A stretch of DNA of 64,000 nt from a virus. The notes under the pieces are model-generated. The model made no database searches. It saw nothing but the letters and a program-made list of their open reading frames with translations, and had not been told where the DNA came from. The translations under genes were made by a program, and so were the position numbers. Below are positions 46,535-56,610 of the stretch, in pieces. The stretch lies in the IMG/VR virus record IMGVR_UViG_3300021963_004854, positions 64,001 to 128,000 of that record. The stretch is one strand, 5' to 3'. Numbering within the stretch: position 1 is the first letter of the stretch; each line of letters starts with the position of its first letter.

Positions 46535-47251
46535 ATGAGTGTTGTTCAAATCCTTCAAGGAATCATTGCTGCCGCTGCCTCTGGTAGCGGTGGCGGTGGT
46601 GGCGGAGGTGGCGGAGGTGCCACCTACCGCTCGTGGACCATTCAATGGTGGATGAAAAAATTAAGTCCACAATCTGTTGCCAGTCCTAGAGTATTTTCAG
46701 TTGGTGTAGACACCTCAGCATCAATTGGATATTCAAATGAATCTGGTGGCGACTATGTTTGGACAGGAGGAAGTGCTCCTCCTGGACTTGGACCTATTAC
46801 AGTTGGTTCAATTGCTAACTCTTGGCATCATTTTTCTATCAATTCAGATGGTACCAATTTGTATTTCTTCAAGAACGGACAACTATTGAGTTCCGCTCCT
46901 AGAACGGGCAATGCAATTACAGATGCAACAACTCAATTCTGGTTGGGTGGTGATAATAACTTCCACTGGAAGGGTCGTATTGCGGACTTTAACATTGTAA
47001 AAGGTAATTGTCTGTATACCAGTACCTATACTCCACCGACCAGAATAACAACTGCACCTTCTGGAACAGTTTTCATGCAGGTTTGCGATCCAAGCGTTCA
47101 AACTGGTCCAGGAATGTCTGGTTCATCTAACTACAGCAGTGTAGCAGATGATCCATGGGGCGACGGAATCGATTCAGTAGAATTTACAGGACAAACTTTC
47201 TCATATATTCGCTGGGATGGTAATTTAATCTTTGCGCTAGACGTTGCATAA
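46535..47251 (+). CDS. LamG/ConA-like lectin domain protein
   Basis: Poly-Gly linker, WTIQWW, WHHFS, YFFKNG, WKGRIADF. Confidence 0.7.
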   Translation: MSVVQILQGIIAAAASGSGGGGGGGGGGATYRSWTIQWWMKKLSPQSVASPRVFSVGVDTSASIGYSNESGGDYVWTGGSAPPGLGPITVGSIANSWHHFSINSDGTNLYFFKNGQLLSSAPRTGNAITDATTQFWLGGDNNFHWKGRIADFNIVKGNCLYTSTYTPPTRITTAPSGTVFMQVCDPSVQTGPGMSGSSNYSSVADDPWGDGIDSVEFTGQTFSYIRWDGNLIFALDVA

Positions 47252-47254
47252 TAA

Positions 47255-47728
47255 ATGGAATCTCTGGAAACCAAAGTCGCGGTAATCGAACATGACCTGA
47301 AACAAATTCAGGTTGTGTTCGGTCGCCTTGACTTAGCAATCGAAAAGATTGGGGATGTTTCCAACTGTATCAATAAAATGTTAGCTGTGCATGATACTAA
47401 ACTTGAAGCACAAGAAAATGTCAATGAAGATATCTATCAGAGTTTAGAAGTGCATAGAAATGAAACTAAGGCCAGCAATGCCGAATTGCATTCCAGAATT
47501 ACTACCATCACTAGAGAACTGGAATCTAAAATTCAAACCACAGAAGACAAACTTCTTGATGCCATCAAAGACTTGAAAAAGTCGGTTGAAAAAGAAGAAG
47601 AAAAAAACAAAGAACGTATTGACAAACTAGAAAAAGCCAAGTATCTATTTGTAGGTGGTGGTCTAGTTGTCGGTGCTATTCTAACTAAAATTCTACCCGC
47701 ACTATCAAAATTTATACAAATAGGTTGA
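47255..47728 (+). CDS. Coiled-coil protein with C-terminal TM
   Basis: Heptad pattern, terminal hydrophobic helix; usual position before primase. Confidence 0.7.
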   Translation: MESLETKVAVIEHDLKQIQVVFGRLDLAIEKIGDVSNCINKMLAVHDTKLEAQENVNEDIYQSLEVHRNETKASNAELHSRITTITRELESKIQTTEDKLLDAIKDLKKSVEKEEEKNKERIDKLEKAKYLFVGGGLVVGAILTKILPALSKFIQIG

Positions 47729-47753
47729 CTTTCACCCACTAGGGGTGTATAGT
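47725..47753 (+). promoter_or_regulatory. Sigma70 promoter for primase (probably leaderless)
   Basis: TTGACT-N17-TATAGT, ATG 7 nt downstream. Confidence 0.65.
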
Positions 47754-47759
47754 GAATCT

Positions 47760-48800
47760 ATGAGTGCATATATTGATATTCAGTTTCTCCATGCCATTTC
47801 GTATCGCCTGGAGAACTTCAAGAAAAAATCTAGTGATCTTTGGAACTGCAGGTGTCCTATCTGTGGTGACTCCTCGCGTAATAAAAGAAAGTCGCGGGGT
47901 TATTTCTTCCTGGGAAAGAATGACCTAAACTATAAGTGCCATAACTGTGGCGTATCTATGGGCTTTGGTAACTTTCTAAAGCAGTTTGATGACAACCAAT
48001 ATAAACAATATGTCATTCAACGCTATGCAGATACGGCCAAAGTTGGACCTGCAAAGTCACATAAGAAAATCCAAGACGTTCTAGATTTTTCTGAGCCAGT
48101 CTTCAATAAGAAGCCTGACCCTAAACTGATCGATCAGATTATGGATCGACTAGACACACTGCCAGATGACCATGAGGTAATTCAATATGTTACTGACCGC
48201 AAAATCCCTCGCGATGCTTTTAGTCGGCTGTATTTCATTCCTAATGTTAAAGATATCGTTCAACTTAATGCCAAATACAAAGACTCCATCATCACCTCCG
48301 AGCCGCGCCTCGCGATTCCTTTTTTTGATGGCTCTGGCAAACTCCTTGTTGTTAGCCTTCGCGGAATCAGAGGCGAGTCGCTACGTTATATTAATGTTAA
48401 AGTAGATGAAGATGCGCCATCGATTTTCGGTCTGGATCAGGTCGATACTACAAAAGAAATACTTGTCGTCGAAGGGCCTCTTGACTCCCTTTTTCTTGAT
48501 AATGCTATCGCTTGTGCTGGAACATCATTCGGAAAAATCGACCAACTCCCGATACCAAAAGAAAAGATAACAATTATTTTCGATAATCAACCTAAAAACC
48601 GAGAAGTCGGTAAGTTGATGAATAAGTATATAGAGATGGGTTACAAGATGGTAATCTGGCCAGACAGTGTTCCTGGTAAAGATATTAATGAGATGATTGA
48701 AAATGGGTTGACTTCTGGTGAAATCCATAGTATTATAAATGATAATACTTTTCAAGGACTAGCAGCAAAGGCAAGATATGCCATGTGGAGAAAGATATGA
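47760..48800 (+). CDS. gp61: DNA primase
   Basis: CRCPICGDS, YKCHNC, VEGPLDSLF, FDN, KDINEM. Confidence 0.96.
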   Translation: MSAYIDIQFLHAISYRLENFKKKSSDLWNCRCPICGDSSRNKRKSRGYFFLGKNDLNYKCHNCGVSMGFGNFLKQFDDNQYKQYVIQRYADTAKVGPAKSHKKIQDVLDFSEPVFNKKPDPKLIDQIMDRLDTLPDDHEVIQYVTDRKIPRDAFSRLYFIPNVKDIVQLNAKYKDSIITSEPRLAIPFFDGSGKLLVVSLRGIRGESLRYINVKVDEDAPSIFGLDQVDTTKEILVVEGPLDSLFLDNAIACAGTSFGKIDQLPIPKEKITIIFDNQPKNREVGKLMNKYIEMGYKMVIWPDSVPGKDINEMIENGLTSGEIHSIINDNTFQGLAAKARYAMWRKI

Positions 48801-49063
48801 GCGAATTGGTCGCGAATGAATATGGTATTGAGTTTGACCATATTCGCATCACAAAGTTACGCATACATCGCACAGACGGTAAGTGGCTTGTAGAATATCG
48901 TAGAGAACCTCGTTGGTTTCTAGGTCTAGATCGCTGGTGGTGGTTCGATGACGGCACATACATTGATTATGCCGATGCATCTGCTAGAGTAGACCATCTA
49001 TTGGGTATTGGTTTCGTAAGTAAGACGCAGTTCCAGACAGTTAAGGAGTTTGAAGTTGAGTGA
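48797..49063 (+). CDS. Hypothetical protein
   Basis: Trp-rich 88 aa, coupled to primase. Confidence 0.65.
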   Translation: MSELVANEYGIEFDHIRITKLRIHRTDGKWLVEYRREPRWFLGLDRWWWFDDGTYIDYADASARVDHLLGIGFVSKTQFQTVKEFEVE

Positions 49064-49760
49064 AGTAAATTTGATTGGCATTACTAAGCCTAGTGCCTAC
49101 ACAGAATGTAATACAGCTAATGAACTTGTGGCATGGGCAGCTAGAGTATCTAATCCTTCAAACCAAAATAACACAGCAACAGCACCTAAGTTAGTTCGAT
49201 ATCTAATTCAGAACCAACATTGGTCACCTTTGGAGATGGTTCATGTATCTATGGAAATTAAAACAACTCGTGATATCGCTCGGCAAATTCTACGCCATCG
49301 CTCCTTTGCATTCCAGGAATACTCTCAACGTTACGCCGATCCAACTAAGGACCTCGGGTTCGTAACCAGGGAAGCTCGTCTACAGGACGCCAAGAATCGT
49401 CAAAACTCAGTTGAACTAACGCCAGATGAAAATCGTCTAGCAGAAGAGTGGAATGTTATGCAGACGCAAGCCACTAACGCCGCAAAAATGGCATACAACT
49501 GGGCAATCGAACGTGGCATCGCCAAGGAACAGGCCCGTGCTGTTCTACCCGAGGGTAATACGGAGTCCGTGATGATTATGTCCGGGTCTCTTCGTAGCTG
49601 GGTTCACTATTGTCAGTTGCGCATGGATAAGGCGACACAGAAAGAACACCGTATTGTGGCAGAACAATGCTGGGAGATTATCGGTCAACACTTCCCCGAT
49701 GTAATCAAAGCACTTGATGACATGGCAGCATGGGCAGAGTTCGAAAGAAAACTACCTTGA
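49050..49760 (+). CDS. thyX: Flavin-dependent thymidylate synthase
   Basis: HWSPLEM, RQILRHRSFAFQEYSQRY, TQKEHR. Confidence 0.96.
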   Translation: MKLSEVNLIGITKPSAYTECNTANELVAWAARVSNPSNQNNTATAPKLVRYLIQNQHWSPLEMVHVSMEIKTTRDIARQILRHRSFAFQEYSQRYADPTKDLGFVTREARLQDAKNRQNSVELTPDENRLAEEWNVMQTQATNAAKMAYNWAIERGIAKEQARAVLPEGNTESVMIMSGSLRSWVHYCQLRMDKATQKEHRIVAEQCWEIIGQHFPDVIKALDDMAAWAEFERKLP

Positions 49761-49845
49761 CCAAAATCTGGAACACTTTTGATTCGCAGGTGGTCGCATT
49801 TTTTTCGCGCCAAAATTTTGGTTCGGAAAAGTCGGGTGGAGAATA

Positions 49846-50565
49846 ATGAGAATTCTTATTACTGGCCATGAGGGATTTATCGGTAGAAATGTCTCTCGCA
49901 TACTATCAGATGAATTTGAAATAATTCCTTATGAAGGTGATATTAGAGACTTTAAGATTTCAGAATATTATTATGCAGTATTACATTTAGCCGCTCTAGC
50001 TGGTGTTAGAAAGAGTTGGTTGAATCCTGACGAATATTGGGATGTAAATGTTACTGGCTCAAATAAAGTTTTTGAAGAATGTAAACGTTTAAATCTTCGG
50101 TGTGTATATGCATCTTCTTCATCGATTTACGAATGGTGGAAAAATCCATATGCAGCTAGTAAAAAAGCGATGGAAGAACTTGCACCCAAGTATTCCGTTG
50201 GTATGAGATTTCATACAGTATATGGTCCAGACTCTCGACCAGACATGTTCTATGATATGATGCTTAATGACAAGATAGAATATCTTACAACACATAAACG
50301 AGACTGGACACATGTTGAAGATGTTGCATCTGCTATAAGAATTATCTTGACAGACACTAGAATTTCTGGTAAGTTTGATATTGGCTCTGGTAATCCAGTT
50401 CCAGTTGTAGATGTTGCCAATGCATATGGCTACAGAGATGTTCCTATTAAAGAAGTTAGTGGAGAAAGAGAGGAAACTAATGCCGACATTTCACTACTAA
50501 AAAGTTATGGTTGGGAACCAAAGTTCAACATTCTAGAGGAAGCGAAAAATGCCAGAAACAGTTAA
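49846..50565 (+). CDS. NAD-dependent epimerase/dehydratase
   Basis: TGHEGFIG, HLAA, ASSSS, YAASK, RFHTVYG. Confidence 0.88.
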   Translation: MRILITGHEGFIGRNVSRILSDEFEIIPYEGDIRDFKISEYYYAVLHLAALAGVRKSWLNPDEYWDVNVTGSNKVFEECKRLNLRCVYASSSSIYEWWKNPYAASKKAMEELAPKYSVGMRFHTVYGPDSRPDMFYDMMLNDKIEYLTTHKRDWTHVEDVASAIRIILTDTRISGKFDIGSGNPVPVVDVANAYGYRDVPIKEVSGEREETNADISLLKSYGWEPKFNILEEAKNARNS

Positions 50566-51091
50566 GATACAATATGATGCAGTTTCAGACGAACATTATA
50601 TCGCTTGGGATGGACTAGAAGAAGAGACGGGTTGGAAGCCCGGCGACACAATAATTTGGGTAGACAATGAAGATGGGAGTTATACGTTGACTAAGAAGAA
50701 TAATAATTATCAGGATGATGTTGAACAGTTTATGGCCGCAGCCGACCAGTATATCGGCGCTACTCCTCATCTAAATGAAAATAATGAGGCTCAAGCCAAG
50801 CTATATATTGATCTAATTGATGAAGAATTTCGTGAACTTTGTGATGGATTTCTTCGTCGCCACATCGGAGATGTTGCTGACGGCGGCGCCGACCTGGTAT
50901 GGGTCGTTAAGGGGTTGTTTACCACACTGGGCATTAACTTTGATGCTGTATGGGAAGAAGTCCGTGCGTCCAATATGAGTAAGGTTTCCGAGGGCGGAAA
51001 GATTAAGAAGCGGGCAGACGGTAAGATTCTCAAGCCAGATACTTACTTTAAGCCAAACATCGAAAAAGTTTTGAAGGATCAGGGTCTATAA
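50549..51091 (+). CDS. AbrB-like domain fused to MazG-like/PRA-PH NTP pyrophosphohydrolase
   Basis: GWKPGDTIIWVDNEDGS; LIDEEFREL, DGGADL, EVRASNMSK, DGKILKP. Confidence 0.75.
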   Translation: MPETVKIQYDAVSDEHYIAWDGLEEETGWKPGDTIIWVDNEDGSYTLTKKNNNYQDDVEQFMAAADQYIGATPHLNENNEAQAKLYIDLIDEEFRELCDGFLRRHIGDVADGGADLVWVVKGLFTTLGINFDAVWEEVRASNMSKVSEGGKIKKRADGKILKPDTYFKPNIEKVLKDQGL

Positions 51092-52891
51092 ATGGCAAAA
51101 GAAAACTATCTCGGAATTGAAATTGATTTATCACGCGACAACTTGTTTGACAAGTTGGGTATTCAGCGGCTGCAGGAATCATATATGCGAGATGATGAAA
51201 CATCTCCGCAGCATAGATTTGCTTTTGTATCGAAGACTTTTGGTTCCAATCCAGAACATGCCCAGCGCCTTTACGAATATGCGTCAAAGCACTGGCTTTC
51301 GTATGCGACTCCCATTCTCTCGTTTGGCCGTTCCAAGCGCGGTATGCCTATTAGTTGCTTCCTTAACTTCATTGACGATACTGCGGAGGGACTAGTTGAC
51401 AATCTTTCAGAAACCAATTGGCTGTCTATGCTTGGGGGTGGCGTTGGTATTGGTTTTGGCATTCGCGCCGCAGATGATAAGTCTACTGGCGTTATGCCTC
51501 ATCTTCGCACTTATGATGCTTCTAGTATGGCTTACCGTCAAGGTCGCACTCGCCGTGGCTCTTATGCTGCTTATCTGGATATTTCTCACCCTGATGTTGG
51601 GCTTTTTCTAGAAATGAGAAAGCCTACGGGTGACCCGAATATGCGGGCGCTCAACTTGCACCACGGAATCAACATTACCGACGATTTCATGCAAATCATC
51701 GAACGTTGTATGGCAGACGGTGATGCCGATGATAGCTGGAATCTAACTGACCCCAAATCAGGTGAAGTTCGCGATACTGTTTCTGCTAAGGAACTTTGGC
51801 AGAAGATTCTCGAATTGCGTATGATGACTGGTGAACCCTATCTACACTTCATTGATACGTCAAATCGGGCAATGCCAGATTTCCAGAAGGCGCTGGGTCT
51901 AAAGATTCATCAATCGAATCTTTGTTCGGAAATTATTCTTCCTACCGATAGAAAACGCACGGCTGTTTGTTGTCTATCTTCTGTCAATCTAGAATACTAT
52001 GATGCATGGTCAAAGGATTCCATGTTCTTGAAGGACATGGCAGAAATGCTTGACAACGTTCTACAGTATTTTATTGATAACGCTCCTAAGCAAGTTTCCA
52101 GAGCAATCTACTCAGCCAAGCGAGAACGTTCAATTGGTATTGGCGCACTGGGCTTTCACGCTTATCTCCAGCGCAAGGGCATTGCATGGGAATCGGCTGT
52201 TGCTAAGGGTACCAATATGCGTATCTTTAAGCACATCAAGAACCGCCTAGATACTGCGAATCTGGAACTTGGCGCAGAACGTGGTGAGGCACCCGATGCT
52301 GCTGGCACAGGTCGTCGGTTCTCTCATATGCAGGCGATTGCACCAAATGCATCTTCATCAATTATCATGGGTAACACAAGTCCTTCGATTGAGCCATGGA
52401 GAGCAAATGCATATCGTCAAGATACTCTATCTGGTGCGTTTCTAAACAAGAACAAGTATCTTGATAAGATTATTATGGACGAAGCCGCTAATCACAAAGA
52501 TGGTTGGTATGATGAAACATGGTCATCAATTATTGCAAATGATGGCTCTGTTCAACACCTTTCATGGATGGACGAAATCACAAAAGAAGTTTATAAGACT
52601 TCCATGGAAATCGATCAACGATGGGTGATTGAACATGCCGCAGATAGACAGAAGTTTATTGACCAGGCACAATCTCTCAACATTTTCTTCCGTCCTGATG
52701 CAAACATCAAGTATCTCCATGCTGTTCACTATCTTGCATGGAAACAGGGCTTGAAAACTCTATACTACTGCCGCTCAGAAAAGATCGGCAAGGCAGATAA
52801 GGTTTCCAAGAAGATTGAACGAGAAGCGATTAAAGAAATTGACTTCAAAGCAATGATTGATGGTGATACCTGTGTCGCATGTGAAGGTTAA
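51092..52891 (+). CDS. nrdA: Class I ribonucleotide reductase alpha subunit (no ATP cone)
   Basis: ATP, ISCF, SNLCSEI, APNASSS, KTLYY, C-terminal CVAC. Confidence 0.96.
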   Translation: MAKENYLGIEIDLSRDNLFDKLGIQRLQESYMRDDETSPQHRFAFVSKTFGSNPEHAQRLYEYASKHWLSYATPILSFGRSKRGMPISCFLNFIDDTAEGLVDNLSETNWLSMLGGGVGIGFGIRAADDKSTGVMPHLRTYDASSMAYRQGRTRRGSYAAYLDISHPDVGLFLEMRKPTGDPNMRALNLHHGINITDDFMQIIERCMADGDADDSWNLTDPKSGEVRDTVSAKELWQKILELRMMTGEPYLHFIDTSNRAMPDFQKALGLKIHQSNLCSEIILPTDRKRTAVCCLSSVNLEYYDAWSKDSMFLKDMAEMLDNVLQYFIDNAPKQVSRAIYSAKRERSIGIGALGFHAYLQRKGIAWESAVAKGTNMRIFKHIKNRLDTANLELGAERGEAPDAAGTGRRFSHMQAIAPNASSSIIMGNTSPSIEPWRANAYRQDTLSGAFLNKNKYLDKIIMDEAANHKDGWYDETWSSIIANDGSVQHLSWMDEITKEVYKTSMEIDQRWVIEHAADRQKFIDQAQSLNIFFRPDANIKYLHAVHYLAWKQGLKTLYYCRSEKIGKADKVSKKIEREAIKEIDFKAMIDGDTCVACEG

Positions 52892-53891
52892 TAATAATAT
52901 TTTTATTAGTATTGCTAGTTATCGTGATCCTCTTTTGAAGTTCACGATAACAGAAGCATACAAAAATGCAAAAAATAAAGAAAATTTAATCTTCGGTGTT
53001 GTCGAACAGAACGACCTAGAAAATTCTTTAAACTTAGATGACTTTACTTTTAAAGAACAAATTAGATATGTTAGAGTAAACGCCGAACAGAGTCGAGGAT
53101 GCTGCTGGGCAAGAAATCTTGTTCAATCATTGTATCAAGATGAAAACTATTATTTTCAAATTGACTCACATACCGCGTTTGATAAAAAGTGGGATGAAAC
53201 TTTAATTTTTGCATTAGAAGAATTGAAGCGATATCATTCTAAGCCTATCATTTCACAATATCCAGATGCATTGGAATTTGAAGATGATAAGCCAATTAAG
53301 AAACGCCATAATCCTGAGATTGATAAGATTCCATTTCTTTCTCCCCCGCCAGAAAATGAACCAACGTGGGCTGGGGAGAATACTTGCCATATTATAGCAA
53401 GAGGAACTTTTCAGCATTCATTTCAGCCATATACTCATGGTTATATGATATCTGCTGGATGCCTATTTACCTATGGTAACTTTGTGAATGAAGTTCCTTA
53501 TGACCCACGATTGTTTTTCCAGGGCGAAGAAACAACATTAGCACTAAGAGCGTGGACAAGAGGCTGGAATATTTTTCATGCGAAAACAACACCAATATAT
53601 CATTTCTACACAGATCATGAAAAAAGAACAAGAAAATTATTTTGGGACGAAGACCAGAATGAAGACAGAAACTTTCAATGGGGAACAATTGATAGTAATT
53701 CTGTTATAAGAACTAATTCAGTTTTAACAGGATGTGACGTTGGACCATATGGAATTGGCGAAAAAAGAACTTTAGACCAATTTCAATCTTTTACTGGTAT
53801 AGACTATCGAAATAAGATATATACTCCTAGAGAAAGTCTTCATCGTCACGATTATAAAAAGTCTCCAGAAGATTATATCAGAAAGCAATAG
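52881..53891 (+). CDS. GlcNAc-transferase family (GT60-like) glycosyltransferase
   Basis: IFISIASYRDP, GCCWAR, QIDSH, VPYDP..F.GEE. Confidence 0.8.
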   Translation: MKVNNNIFISIASYRDPLLKFTITEAYKNAKNKENLIFGVVEQNDLENSLNLDDFTFKEQIRYVRVNAEQSRGCCWARNLVQSLYQDENYYFQIDSHTAFDKKWDETLIFALEELKRYHSKPIISQYPDALEFEDDKPIKKRHNPEIDKIPFLSPPPENEPTWAGENTCHIIARGTFQHSFQPYTHGYMISAGCLFTYGNFVNEVPYDPRLFFQGEETTLALRAWTRGWNIFHAKTTPIYHFYTDHEKRTRKLFWDEDQNEDRNFQWGTIDSNSVIRTNSVLTGCDVGPYGIGEKRTLDQFQSFTGIDYRNKIYTPRESLHRHDYKKSPEDYIRKQ

Positions 53892-53898
53892 GAAAAGC

Positions 53899-54135
53899 AT
53901 GACACAATTTTTTGCACAAATAGTAACTAAGCCAGACTGTCCGTATTGCGTAAAGGCTAAAGAGTTCATGGTAGGCATGGACATTCAATATACTGAAATG
54001 GTAGTCGGAAAGGACTGCCTTTGGGAAGACGTTACGGCGCAACTTCCTAATGTAACAACTGTTCCACAGATTTGGATCAATGGTGAGCATGTTGGTGGTT
54101 ATGATGATCTAGTAAATTGGGCAGCGGAGGTATAA
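53899..54135 (+). CDS. Glutaredoxin
   Basis: CPYC, TVPQI, GGYDDL. Confidence 0.93.
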   Translation: MTQFFAQIVTKPDCPYCVKAKEFMVGMDIQYTEMVVGKDCLWEDVTAQLPNVTTVPQIWINGEHVGGYDDLVNWAAEV

Positions 54136-55109
54136 TGTCTAATCTTTTGAGCGAACGCTCGTATTTTAAACCGTTTAATTATCCATGGGCATATGATGCC
54201 TGGTTGAAGCATGAACAATCACATTGGCTTCATACCGAAGTCCCAATGATTGAAGATGTTAACGATTGGAAGAAGCGCCTCACCGATGGTGAAAAGCACT
54301 TTCTCACAAATATTTTCCGCTTCTTTACACAAGGCGATATCGATGTTGCGGGTGGTTATGTAAAGAATTATCTACCGTATTTCCCTCAGCCAGAAATCCG
54401 TATGATGCTGATGGGCTTTGCAGCAAGGGAGGCTCTCCATGTGGCAGCCTATTCACACCTTATTGAAACGCTTGGGATGCCAGAGTCAACGTATCAAGAA
54501 TTCCTTGAATACGACTCAATGCGGGCCAAGCACGACTACTTTACAGATTTGTCGAATTCAAATGGAACGCCTGAATCAGTCGCGACCAATATCGCCGCGT
54601 TTAGTGCATTCACTGAGGGTATGCAACTGTTCTCGTCCTTCATCATGCTCCTCAACTTCCCTCGTCACGGAAAAATGAAGGGTATGGGACAGATTGTTAC
54701 TTGGTCTATTGTTGATGAAACGCAACATGCCGAGTCGATGATTAAGTTGTTCCGTGCATATGTTGAAGAGAATAGAGATATCTGGAACGATGAATTGAAG
54801 TCCAGCATCTATACCATCGCAGAAAAGATGGTAGAACTTGAAGACAAGTTTATCGAACTTTCATTCTCTATGGGAGAAATGGAAGACCTTACTCAAGAAG
54901 ATGTTAAGAAATATATTCGATATATTTGTGACCGCCGACTAATTAGCCTCGGCATGAAGGGCATTTTTAAAGTCAAGAAAAATCCACTGCCTTGGGTCGA
55001 AGAAATGATTAATGCCCCGACCCACACCAACTTCTTTGAAAATAGAGCTACTGACTATGCGAAGGGTGCCTTATCCGGCAGTTGGGAAAACGTTTGGGGA
55101 ACTGCATAG
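54135..55109 (+). CDS. nrdB: Ribonucleotide reductase beta subunit
   Basis: FFTQGD, EALH, EGMQLFSSF, DETQH, NFFE. Confidence 0.96.
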   Translation: MSNLLSERSYFKPFNYPWAYDAWLKHEQSHWLHTEVPMIEDVNDWKKRLTDGEKHFLTNIFRFFTQGDIDVAGGYVKNYLPYFPQPEIRMMLMGFAAREALHVAAYSHLIETLGMPESTYQEFLEYDSMRAKHDYFTDLSNSNGTPESVATNIAAFSAFTEGMQLFSSFIMLLNFPRHGKMKGMGQIVTWSIVDETQHAESMIKLFRAYVEENRDIWNDELKSSIYTIAEKMVELEDKFIELSFSMGEMEDLTQEDVKKYIRYICDRRLISLGMKGIFKVKKNPLPWVEEMINAPTHTNFFENRATDYAKGALSGSWENVWGTA

Positions 55110-55264
55110 TGGAAGAACAAGAATGTTTTTCATGTGATGCCGTGTTTTTGGTAGAACATGAATTAGATGAAGAATACTACAAAACTAAATTTTGTCCGTT
55201 TTGTGGTACTAAGATAGCCGAAGAAGAAGACCTTGACTGGGAAGACTGGGACGAAGACTCATAA
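55109..55264 (+). CDS. Small zinc-ribbon protein
   Basis: CFSC...CPFC plus acidic tail; GTG overlaps nrdB stop. Confidence 0.7.
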   Translation: MEEQECFSCDAVFLVEHELDEEYYKTKFCPFCGTKIAEEEDLDWEDWDEDS

Positions 55265-55288
55265 ATAGTTCACTTTGGAGTGAACTTG

Positions 55289-55642
55289 ATGGCTATTAAA
55301 AAGAAGAAGCCGTCGCCAAAGAAAGTGCATAGAGTCTATTGCACCTACTTTGACGACGGCAAATACTATATTGGGTATTCATGTAAGACAGAAAAATTAT
55401 TTGAAAAATATTTCGGTAGTTCTTCTTATGTGACTAATTATGAAGGCGAAATGCGTAAAGAAGTTGTTGCCGAATTTGACAGCAAATCTCACGCTAAAGC
55501 GGTCGAACACTTACTACAGTGGGAATATCGTTTAGATGATAGATGTATTAACGACATGTGGAATGTTCGACTACGACTATCGCACTTGAAAGAATTAAAG
55601 TTACCGGACTGGAGACCAGGATGTTTTTCGCCGCCCTCTTAA
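55289..55642 (+). CDS. Stand-alone GIY-YIG nuclease-like protein
   Basis: RVY...YYIG, YFGSS, conserved E and N; CATAAATA at 55260; position after nrdB like T4 denA. Confidence 0.65.
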   Translation: MAIKKKKPSPKKVHRVYCTYFDDGKYYIGYSCKTEKLFEKYFGSSSYVTNYEGEMRKEVVAEFDSKSHAKAVEHLLQWEYRLDDRCINDMWNVRLRLSHLKELKLPDWRPGCFSPPS

Positions 55643-56610
55643 TGCTAGTAGCCCTAGCTATTACAGGTGTAGCTGGCTACTTTTCGATTTTGGGATTGAT
55701 GGCTATCTTTCCTGCATCACCTATTGCAGTAGCTGCCATGGGTATTGTATTAGAACTTGCTAAGTTGGTTACAGCCAGCTGGGTGTATCGTAATTGGAAA
55801 ACAGCGAATCGATTGCTGAAAACCTATTTTACGATTGCAGTCATCGTTCTTTCGTTCATCACAAGTATGGGCGTATTTGGTTATCTAAGTAAAGCCCACA
55901 TCGAACACACCACTGTCGGTGGTTCGTCACAACTACAAATTGCCCAGCTAGAAAGCCAAAAGGCTATAGCGGAAAGGAGACTAAAGAATGCACAAACATC
56001 TTTGGATACTCTGGACAGACTCACTACTGGCGAAAATATCCTTGATGCTAATTTCATTAGAAATCGACAGAAGCGAGAACGTGCGGCCCTTAATAAGGAA
56101 ATTGAGGGTGCGACTACAGACATTCAGACTATTGAGACTAATCTCATACCGCTCAAAACAGAAACCCTCAAACTCGAAGCGGAAGTAGGCCCTATCAAAT
56201 ATGTAGCGGAACTGTTCTACGGTAGTGGTGATAACGCCACTATCGATAAGGCTGTTCGCATGATGATTATCATTCTTATCTTTGTTTTCGACCCATTGGC
56301 AATTCTTTTGATTATTGCGGCGAATATGACCTTTTTAGGGTTGACAAAGAGAGAAGAATCAGATACAATAGACAATGTTCCCGTTGAAGTTTATGTGCCA
56401 GCACCGGCTCCAACAGAGACACTAAAAGAAGTTGTAAGAAAAGCAAAGAACAATCGTAAGAAGAAACCGAAAGCACCCACACCAGAAGTTCCTGACTTCT
56501 TTAAGTTTGAGAAGCACGGGTCTACTCATGATGTTCCGATGCCCGACCCCCCTCGCAAAAATGCAAGGGGTCAAATCATAGTTGATGAAAAAAATATTAG
56601 GAGAATGTGA
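55621..56610 (+). CDS. Membrane protein with coiled coil
   Basis: Three N-terminal TMs, coiled coil, EVGPIKY, FVFDPLA TM. Confidence 0.75.
   Translation: MFFAALLMLVALAITGVAGYFSILGLMAIFPASPIAVAAMGIVLELAKLVTASWVYRNWKTANRLLKTYFTIAVIVLSFITSMGVFGYLSKAHIEHTTVGGSSQLQIAQLESQKAIAERRLKNAQTSLDTLDRLTTGENILDANFIRNRQKRERAALNKEIEGATTDIQTIETNLIPLKTETLKLEAEVGPIKYVAELFYGSGDNATIDKAVRMMIIILIFVFDPLAILLIIAANMTFLGLTKREESDTIDNVPVEVYVPAPAPTETLKEVVRKAKNNRKKKPKAPTPEVPDFFKFEKHGSTHDVPMPDPPRKNARGQIIVDEKNIRRM

Noticed and set aside
46582-46618. GGN repeat as phase-variable microsatellite
   Set aside because: Mixed Gly codons in triplet phase; simply a flexible linker
27627-55109. Introns or inteins in gp43, uvsX, gp41, thyX, nrdA, nrdB
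   Set aside because: All are uninterrupted and of ordinary length
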